Part shown: positions 57,701-64,000 of the stretch, piece after piece | Layout: every line of letters starts with the position of its first letter | Numbering within the stretch: the first letter of the stretch is position 1 | Source of the DNA: Bacteroidetes bacterium GWF2_33_16 | GTDB taxonomy: Bacteria > Bacteroidota > Bacteroidia > Bacteroidales > UBA12077 | Reading direction: 5' to 3' | NCBI GenBank assembly: GCA_001768565.1 | Contig: MEOE01000023.1 | Location: 223,215-287,214 of the forward strand | DNA length: 64,000 nt | Notes under the pieces: model-generated | What the model was told of the DNA's origin: nothing | The model's database searches: none | Seen by the model: only the letters and a program-made list of their open reading frames with translations | Program-made: the position numbers and the translations under genes

Positions 57701-58183
57701 TTATAAATCTTTTAGCTTTTTAAACAAGAATTCTTCGTCGCCCACAGTATATCCTGAATGCTCGTAAACTATTTCTCCTTCTTTGTTAATAATTATTAAA
57801 AAAGGAACCATATTAATATTCAATGCTCTTTTTAAATCCTGGTTTGGGTCGAGATAAAAATCAAAGGGCCAGCCTTTTCCTGCAACCAATGATTTCACCT
57901 TCGAACTTGATCTTGAATCATCAGTAGAAACAGCAATAAACTTAAATGCTTTTTCTTTTTGCCAATCGTCAAAAACATCTGAAATAGTTTGCATCTCTAC
58001 CAAACAAGGCTTACACCAGGTAGCCCAAAAACTAATTACAACAGGCATATCACTACTTACAAATGATTGGGTTGATACAATTTGTCCCTTAAGATTTTGA
58101 ATATCAATTTTTGGTAGTTTCTTTTGAGCTTTTAGTTCAAATAAAGAAATACAAGCAATAAAAAGGATTAACACTTTTTTCAT
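57701..58183 (-). CDS. TlpA family thiol:disulfide oxidoreductase
   Basis: Signal peptide present. FWATWCKPC active-site motif. Confidence 0.85.
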   Translation of the reverse strand: MKKVLILFIACISLFELKAQKKLPKIDIQNLKGQIVSTQSFVSSDMPVVISFWATWCKPCLVEMQTISDVFDDWQKEKAFKFIAVSTDDSRSSSKVKSLVAGKGWPFDFYLDPNQDLKRALNINMVPFLIIINKEGEIVYEHSGYTVGDEEFLFKKLKDL

Positions 58184-58442
58184 AATACTTTTTTAGTTTA
58201 TGTTATAGATTAATAATTAACTGTTTTACAAATGACTAATTAATAAAACACAATTTTCTGAAAAAACAGGTTAAAAGAACATTAATTCCATCATTTCTCC
58301 AAAAAGAACTTTTCCAAATTGAAATTAGGAGTTTAAAAAGATTAATGGTTTTCTCCTATTTAACTATTATTCACAAACTTTAACAAAAAGAATTCGTATA
58401 TTTAGGTATAAATTTTGTTATATTGCTTTAAAATTGACTAAA

Positions 58443-58799
58443 ATGAAAAAATATTTACTCACTATATTCGTTATTTTTAGTTCTCTTGTTCTTTTTGCAC
58501 AGCAGAATCATTATTCTTCAGATTCACTCGCTATTAAGTTGCAATCAATGCAGGAGCTAAAAGTTTATCCAAATCCAGTTACAGAATACTTTTATTTTGA
58601 TTATTCAACTACATTTATTAAAAATGCAAAATTACAGGTATACAATACACTTGGAAAAGTTGTAATCACAAAAGAATTAACAGACAGACAAGGTACTGAG
58701 AAGGTTTTAGTTAGCGATCTTGAAAAAGGATTATATTTTTGTTCTTTAGTGGTAGATGATACTCGTGTAATAACTAAGAAAATACTTATTAATAGATAG
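58443..58799 (+). CDS. Small secreted protein consisting almost only of a T9SS type A C-terminal sorting domain
   Basis: Signal peptide MKKYLLTIFVIFSSLVLFAQQ, then a ~17-aa linker. The CTD pattern follows: LKVYPNPVTEYFYFDY...GLYFCSLVV...KKILINR. I prefer ATG at 58443. Confidence 0.7.
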   Translation: MKKYLLTIFVIFSSLVLFAQQNHYSSDSLAIKLQSMQELKVYPNPVTEYFYFDYSTTFIKNAKLQVYNTLGKVVITKELTDRQGTEKVLVSDLEKGLYFCSLVVDDTRVITKKILINR

Positions 58800-59490
58800 A
58801 ACAATATTTGTTTTTCAATTCATTAATCAGAAGAGGCACTCCAGTAGTTGCCTTTTGTTTTATACATATTACTGGTTTTCTAATTGAAACGTTTATATCG
58901 CCTGGATCGACAATATAAATTGGTGAATTTTGGGGAACATAATCGACTAAACCAGCTGCAGGATATACATTCATAGAGGTTCCAATAACCACAAAAACAT
59001 CTGCTTTACTACACAATAAAGATGCATTTGCAATTTCAGGTACAGCCTCGCCAAACCAAACCACATGTGGCCTTAACTGAGATTCCTTCTCGCATTTATC
59101 GCCCAACTTAAGTTCCCATCCTTTAATATCATAAATAAGATTTGGATCAACAGTGCTTCTCGATTTTCTGATTTCTCCATGTAAATGCAAGATTTTTTTA
59201 CTACCTGCTCTTTCGTGCAAATCATCAACATTCTGGGTAATAATTTGAACATCAAAAAATTGCTCAAGCTCTACCAAACCATAATGACCTATATTAGGTT
59301 CAGATTCTAACAATTTTTTTCTACGTTCGTTATAAAATCTCAAAACTAACTCTTTATCTTTTTGCCACGCTTCAGGACTCGCCACGTCAATAAAATTATA
59401 TTGCTCCCACAAGCCTCCCATATCTCGAAAAGTTGGAATACCACTTTCTGCACTTATTCCTGATCCGGTTAATACTACAAGTTTTTTCAT
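58789..59490 (-). CDS. cobB: NAD-dependent protein deacylase (Sir2/CobB family)
   Basis: VLTGSGISAESGIPTFRD, QNVDDLHERAG, HG and a C-terminal GTS block are present. I prefer ATG at 59490. The 3' end overlaps the convergent gene by 11 nt. Confidence 0.9.
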   Translation of the reverse strand: MKKLVVLTGSGISAESGIPTFRDMGGLWEQYNFIDVASPEAWQKDKELVLRFYNERRKKLLESEPNIGHYGLVELEQFFDVQIITQNVDDLHERAGSKKILHLHGEIRKSRSTVDPNLIYDIKGWELKLGDKCEKESQLRPHVVWFGEAVPEIANASLLCSKADVFVVIGTSMNVYPAAGLVDYVPQNSPIYIVDPGDINVSIRKPVICIKQKATTGVPLLINELKNKYCSIY

Positions 59491-59619
59491 AAGTTTGTTT
59501 TTTAAACGTGGATTCAAAAACTATAATTCAAATTTATTAAAAATTTTGCCTTAATTTTTAGTATTTTAGCCATTGCACATAAAAACATCAACCATCAGAT
59601 ATTCTGACAATTAAACTAA

Positions 59620-61566
59620 ATGATAGACCATAATACAATACAACGCATTATAGATACAGCTGAAATAATTGATGTTATTCAGGATTTTGTTAGTTTAAAG
59701 AAACGTGGTGTAAATTATCTTGGTTTATGTCCATTCCACAACGAAAAGACACCTTCATTTACAGTTTCGGCAGTTAAGGGAATCTATAAATGCTTTGGAT
59801 GTGGCAAGGGTGGAAATGCTGTTAATTTTATTATGGAGCATGAGCATTTAGGTTATCCCGAAGCATTAAAATATCTTGCCAAAAAATATAATATTGATGT
59901 AGTAGAGAAAGAACTTACTGCCGAAGAAATCCAACAACAGAATGAACGAGATAGTCTTCTGGTTGTATCTAAATACGCAAATACTTATTATCAGGATAAA
60001 CTCCATAAGCATACCGATGGTCGTGCAATTGGACTAAGTTATTTTAAAGAAAGAGGTTTTCGTGATGAGATTATTCAGAAATTTGAGTTAGGATTTAGTC
60101 TCGATATTCGCGATGCCTTTACAAAAGCGGCTATTGAAAATGGATACAAGCTTGAATTTCTAGAAAAGGCTGGTTTTACTATTGTTAAGGATGACGATAA
60201 ATATGATCGGTTCAGAGGAAGAGTGATGTTCCCCATTCATGGTCTATCGGGTAATGTTATTGGTTTTGGTGGCAGGGTTCTAAAAAAAGACGAGAAAACA
60301 GCCAAATACCTGAACTCACCAGAGTCAGAGATATATCACAAAAGCAAGGTTTTATATGGTATGTTTCAGGCAAAAACAGCTATTACCCAAGCAGATAAAT
60401 GCTACCTTGTGGAAGGATATACCGATGTAATCTCAATGCACCAATCAGGGATTGAAAATGTTGTGGCTTCATCTGGAACATCATTAACTATTGATCAGAT
60501 AAGGCTTATAAAACGATTTACACCGAATGTAACCATAATTTACGATGGCGATGCAGCAGGGATTAAAGCATCGTTGAGAGGAATTGATCTGGTGCTTGAA
60601 CAAGGCTTAAATGTTCGTGTTTTGCTATTGCCTGATGGTGAAGATCCCGATTCGTTTGCCAAATCGCATAGTGCATCGGAGCTTATTGATTTTATTACAA
60701 AAAACGAAGAAGATTTTATAAAATTTAAAACACGACTTCTTTCAAAAGATGCCAAGAATGATCCAGTAAAAAAAGCAAGTCTTATAACCGATATTGTTAG
60801 ATCGATCTCTGTAATTCCAGATGGTATTACCCGTACTGTATATATTAAAGAGTGTAGTCGGATTCTTGATATTGACGAGAAAATACTATATTCGGAAAGC
60901 AATAAGATAAGGAGAAAATCGACTGATGCGGAAACAAAATCGATTTCGCCTGATGAGGTTTATAAAACAGCATCTCCGTCGGTACCATCATTTATAGAAG
61001 GATATTACGCCGAACATCAGGAAAGAGAATTAATTCGATTGCTATTGCATTACGGACCACTGGTTCTTTATACATACCAGGAAGACAAATACGATGAGCC
61101 ACGTGAAGTAAAAGTTGCCGAATATATTATAAGTGAAATACTAAATGATGATCTTGAATTTAAAAATCTAATTTACAAACAGATTTTTCAAGAATATCTT
61201 GATGGAATGGCAAAAAAGGAATTGCCCGAAAGCAAACAGTTTATATACCATACAGATCAACATATTAGCAAATTGGCTGCCGATTTATTAAGTCCGGGAT
61301 ATACAATTAGCAAAATTTTTAAAAAGGGTGGTGTTTTAATTGAAACAGAAGAAATGAAATTAAAGCAGATGGTTCCGGAAACTATTGTTGCCTATAAGAG
61401 AAAAATTCTAGAAATAGCCCAACAAGATATCTCAGAAAAATTAAAAGATTTGGCTGATAAGAATCTTTCAAATGAAGAAATAAATACTATTCAAAAAGAG
61501 TATATGCAAATTACTACGGCAATAAGAGCTATTTCGAAAGATCGAGGTTGGGTAGTTTTTCGGTAG
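59620..61566 (+). CDS. dnaG: DNA primase
   Basis: Zinc finger is CPFHNEKTPSF...CFGCG. The RNA polymerase core is present. TOPRIM blocks are EGYTDV and DGDAAG. Confidence 0.95.
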   Translation: MIDHNTIQRIIDTAEIIDVIQDFVSLKKRGVNYLGLCPFHNEKTPSFTVSAVKGIYKCFGCGKGGNAVNFIMEHEHLGYPEALKYLAKKYNIDVVEKELTAEEIQQQNERDSLLVVSKYANTYYQDKLHKHTDGRAIGLSYFKERGFRDEIIQKFELGFSLDIRDAFTKAAIENGYKLEFLEKAGFTIVKDDDKYDRFRGRVMFPIHGLSGNVIGFGGRVLKKDEKTAKYLNSPESEIYHKSKVLYGMFQAKTAITQADKCYLVEGYTDVISMHQSGIENVVASSGTSLTIDQIRLIKRFTPNVTIIYDGDAAGIKASLRGIDLVLEQGLNVRVLLLPDGEDPDSFAKSHSASELIDFITKNEEDFIKFKTRLLSKDAKNDPVKKASLITDIVRSISVIPDGITRTVYIKECSRILDIDEKILYSESNKIRRKSTDAETKSISPDEVYKTASPSVPSFIEGYYAEHQERELIRLLLHYGPLVLYTYQEDKYDEPREVKVAEYIISEILNDDLEFKNLIYKQIFQEYLDGMAKKELPESKQFIYHTDQHISKLAADLLSPGYTISKIFKKGGVLIETEEMKLKQMVPETIVAYKRKILEIAQQDISEKLKDLADKNLSNEEINTIQKEYMQITTAIRAISKDRGWVVFR

Positions 61567-61734
61567 TTATATTTTAAATACCTGAAATCCTTAGAATTAA
61601 ATTTGTAACGAAAAGAAAGTCATTACGTTTCAAAATAAAGCACCTCTCAAAAATGAGTATTAGGTCTTTTAATTACTTCCATCAATTTGCAACATTTAAA
61701 AATGCACTAATTAAGGAAGAATTAGAGAATGATT

Positions 61735-61769
61735 AATATCTTCAAGGTTTTAAAAACCTTGAAGATATT
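61735..61769. terminator. Bidirectional terminator (34-nt perfect palindrome)
   Basis: AATATCTTCAAGGTTTT/AAAACCTTGAAGATATT between the convergent dnaG and creD. Confidence 0.8.
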
Positions 61770-61780
61770 ATTATACCAAT

Positions 61781-63085
61781 CTATTCTTCTATGCTATTAT
61801 ACCAATTAACTTTACGTGACAAGTACATAATAATTGCAAGTGTTACAAATAATCCTATACTTCCGATTAATAAAGAATAGTCCTGCAGTTGAAGAATTGT
61901 AAATAAAAACGTATATAGAATAATTAAAACAAAACAAACAATTACAGCTAGTTTTATATTTTTAAAAATACTATAAGAATATCCTGTAATTAAAGTAATT
62001 ATAGATAAGCTGGCTATAAGGTAAGCCAGATTATAGTTTATCTGTTCAGAGAGCGAAACTAGCAAAGAATAAAAAATACTTAATCCCAATCCAACCAATA
62101 AGTACTGTATTGGATGTATTCGCTTTTTGTTTAATATTTCGGTAAAGAAAAACACCAGAAAAGTGAGAGCAATAAACATTATAGCATATTTTGCAGATCG
62201 TAAAGATTTTTGATAGTGATCTACGGGTAATAGCAAATTAACCCCAAAAGCGGCCTTCCCAGTAGAATATTCATTATCAATCCATTTTTGGGGAAATGAT
62301 CTGTTTAAATGAAGAGCTTTCCATTTGGCTTTAAAACCGTTTTCGTTTATTACTCTTTCGTAGGGAAGAAAGGAACCTTCGAAGCTTGGGTTTTTCCATC
62401 CCGAATTTATTTCAACATGCGTTTCTTTGCCAACAGGAATAAAATTTATTACATCACTACCATTTAAATTCAGATTGAAAGAAAACTCAAACATATCTGA
62501 TTCAACAATTTTTATTTTAGTTGATACACCAGTATAGTTCAAATAATTAATCCCAGGGTTTACATCATATTCCGTATTACCAAATTTTATTTTCAGGGCA
62601 TCTTTAATTCCTCTCATATCAGGAATGCCAATCGAAATACTTGCATCTTCCCACAGAATATCTGAATCTTTAATCTTCCATTCTCCAAAATCTGGTTTTA
62701 TAAAAACCCCATTAAAATTTAGTAAACTACTATAAACTACAACTTCATAGATTCCTCGATTTCTGATTTCAGGAATTAGTTTTCCTTCAATAGTAAGATT
62801 CTCGGGTAAAAAATGAGCATAATGAATTTCTTCAATAATCTTGTTTTCATTTTTGTAAAATTTTTTGAAAGGAATCGTTAAAACAGGGCCAGAAATAGTT
62901 TGAGGGTTACCCCATTTTTGACTTATTTCTGAAACAACTGAATTACGTAACGTATTACGTTCCTTTATCAGATCTTTAATCATTCCTGCAGGAATGAGCA
63001 ACACCAGAATGAGAAATCCAATAATTATAGATTTAAACGTAATTGAATCTCTAACCCAGCTTTTAATTTCGTTTTTTTCGGCCAT
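61781..63085 (-). CDS. creD: Cell envelope integrity protein CreD
   Basis: N-terminal TM helix, then KERNTLRNSVVSEISQKWGNPQTISGPVLTIPF, which is characteristic of CreD. A periplasmic domain and five C-terminal TM helices follow. Confidence 0.85.
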   Translation of the reverse strand: MAEKNEIKSWVRDSITFKSIIIGFLILVLLIPAGMIKDLIKERNTLRNSVVSEISQKWGNPQTISGPVLTIPFKKFYKNENKIIEEIHYAHFLPENLTIEGKLIPEIRNRGIYEVVVYSSLLNFNGVFIKPDFGEWKIKDSDILWEDASISIGIPDMRGIKDALKIKFGNTEYDVNPGINYLNYTGVSTKIKIVESDMFEFSFNLNLNGSDVINFIPVGKETHVEINSGWKNPSFEGSFLPYERVINENGFKAKWKALHLNRSFPQKWIDNEYSTGKAAFGVNLLLPVDHYQKSLRSAKYAIMFIALTFLVFFFTEILNKKRIHPIQYLLVGLGLSIFYSLLVSLSEQINYNLAYLIASLSIITLITGYSYSIFKNIKLAVIVCFVLIILYTFLFTILQLQDYSLLIGSIGLFVTLAIIMYLSRKVNWYNSIEE

Positions 63086-63215
63086 ATTTATTTGGTATTT
63101 GTTTCCTTTAAGTACTTAAAAGGCAAAAAAATATTGTTCTAATAACAGTTAATATATGTTAAAGTATTTAAAAAGTTAATAATAATGGGGATATTTATTT
63201 TCTATAACGATTTGT

Positions 63216-64000
63216 TTAGTCAATATTCAATGAAAAGCTAAAAGTACTTCCTTTACTAGGCTCGCTGGTAACCTTTATAGTTCCTCCATTTTGCTGGATA
63301 AACTCTTTGCATAGGATTAAACCAAGACCAGATCCTTTTTCGTTTTGTGTGCCAGGAGTTGTATGATGTTGATCTATTCTGAAAAGCTTATCAAGATGTT
63401 CTTTGCTAATACCTATTCCGTTATCTGAAACACTTACAGTACAAATTTTATCTTCAGCATTGCAACTGATTCTAATTTCTCCATTTTCGTTAGTAAACTT
63501 AGCGGCGTTAGAGATTAAATTACGAACAACAGTATTAATCATATTTTCATCAGCAAAAACATCTAATTTCGATGGAACATCTATGTAAAGAGAAATGTTT
63601 TTTGAGTCTAGTTTGTTTTTTATCAATTCAATATTTTCCTTTAATACGCCAACAATATCTATTGTTCTGGGATTAAATTTTATTTCGCCCATTTGCGAGG
63701 TCGACCAATCTAATAAATTCTCAAGCAAGTTATAGGTTGTTTGAGATAGTTTGTTAAGATCAGATATGAATTTTTTGGTTTTTTCTTTACTAAAATCCTC
63801 AATATCAGTCAAAATATAGGTAGTGGAGTTTAAGAAAGTACTTATTGGATTACGTAAATCGTGAGCAATAATTCGAAAGAACTTATTTTTTGTTGCATTA
63901 CTAATCTCCAGTTGGTCTTTCTTTTTCTGTATTTCTTCTTTCTGATTTTCAAGTTCAATATTTTTGGCACTAATCCATTCATTGGCATCTTTTAGGTGTT
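63216..64000 (-). CDS. Sensor histidine kinase, 5'-partial (continues beyond the window end)
   Basis: The reading frame stays open upstream of the track's TTG at 63812. My translation gives ...KNKFFRIIAHDLRNPISTFLN (H-box) preceded by a coiled coil. The C-terminal HATPase_c blocks are N (VVRNLISNAAKFT), G1 (DNGIGI) and G2 (GSGLGL). Confidence 0.85.
   Translation of the reverse strand, partial: HLKDANEWISAKNIELENQKEEIQKKKDQLEISNATKNKFFRIIAHDLRNPISTFLNSTTYILTDIEDFSKEKTKKFISDLNKLSQTTYNLLENLLDWSTSQMGEIKFNPRTIDIVGVLKENIELIKNKLDSKNISLYIDVPSKLDVFADENMINTVVRNLISNAAKFTNENGEIRISCNAEDKICTVSVSDNGIGISKEHLDKLFRIDQHHTTPGTQNEKGSGLGLILCKEFIQQNGGTIKVTSEPSKGSTFSFSLNID

Noticed and set aside
61653-61736. A 27-aa ORF (MSIRSFNYFHQFATFKNALIKEELEND) ending inside the 5' arm of the dnaG/creD terminator palindrome.
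   Set aside because: - It is too short to evaluate without conservation or ribosome-profiling data.
- It has no promoter box that I can identify.
- It is noted only as something to test if small-protein data exist.
3502-63588. About 40 short ORFs (60-120 aa) in the supplied track lie antisense to, or nested within, long confident genes. Examples are 3502..3786, 6986..7210, 7234..7440, 12384..12611, 13706..13948, 16001..16285, 18290..18472, 23042..23374, 27815..28093, 29023..29349, 37455..37757, 44320..44781, 45242..45475, 49544..50047, 52452..52749, 53345..53626, 60540..60902 and 63403..63588.
   Set aside because: - They are shadow ORFs, as expected in AT-rich DNA.
- Their translations are low-complexity and rich in I/F/K/N/S.
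- They carry no recognisable motifs.
- Each is fully overlapped by a gene with strong family signatures.
1-64000. A search for CRISPR arrays, tRNA/rRNA genes, transposases, integrases, phage genes, and toxin-antitoxin or known defence modules.
   Set aside because: - There are no regularly spaced direct repeats.
- No intergenic segment has tRNA-like conserved arms (GTTCGAATC-type T-loops).
- No ORF carries DDE, tyrosine-recombinase, reverse-transcriptase or nuclease signatures.
- All spacers longer than 100 nt were read individually.

Overview
The window is low-GC (roughly one third G+C by eye) chromosomal DNA. It is very likely from a member of the Bacteroidota. The evidence is two T9SS C-terminal sorting domains, a gingipain-like C25 peptidase, LytTR/LytS-type signalling, TAnnTTTG-type promoter boxes, a lack of Shine-Dalgarno sequences, and the ileS-dksA-lspA arrangement.

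The window is densely coding, with about 47 credible CDSs and most intergenic gaps under 250 nt. The content is mostly housekeeping and cell-envelope genes:
- Housekeeping: ileS, lspA, lgt, ribE, rnr, dnaG, ubiX, cobB and comF.
- Envelope and export: an AsmA-like protein, M28 and M14 peptidases, an FtsX permease, a giant ABC-2 type transporter, a heavy-metal RND pump, rhomboid, RlpA, CreD, and several thioredoxin-fold proteins.

I found no rRNA, tRNA, CRISPR array, transposase, integrase or prophage genes. I also found no recognisable defence or toxin-antitoxin module.

The items most worth a second look are:
1. A single 1450-aa ORF that fuses a CzcA/CusA-type RND pump in frame to a complete TolC-like outer-membrane factor, which keeps its own signal peptide internally.
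2. A ~110-nt GC-enriched rod-like element between convergent genes. On the minus strand it has a promoter-like box, a 10-bp closing helix and a U6 tract, so it is a candidate small RNA.
3. A ~95-nt triple-hairpin intergenic repeat present twice, at 7884-7980 and 44906-45000, with wobble or compensatory differences between the copies.
4. A TlpA / outer-membrane beta-barrel (CxxxxC) / Omp28-like WCGYC lipoprotein cluster.
5. A GT2 plus polytopic GT-C-like gene pair.
6. A SiaC/DUF1987 gene coupled to the giant ABC transporter.

All family assignments come from motif recognition in the supplied translations. No database search was run.
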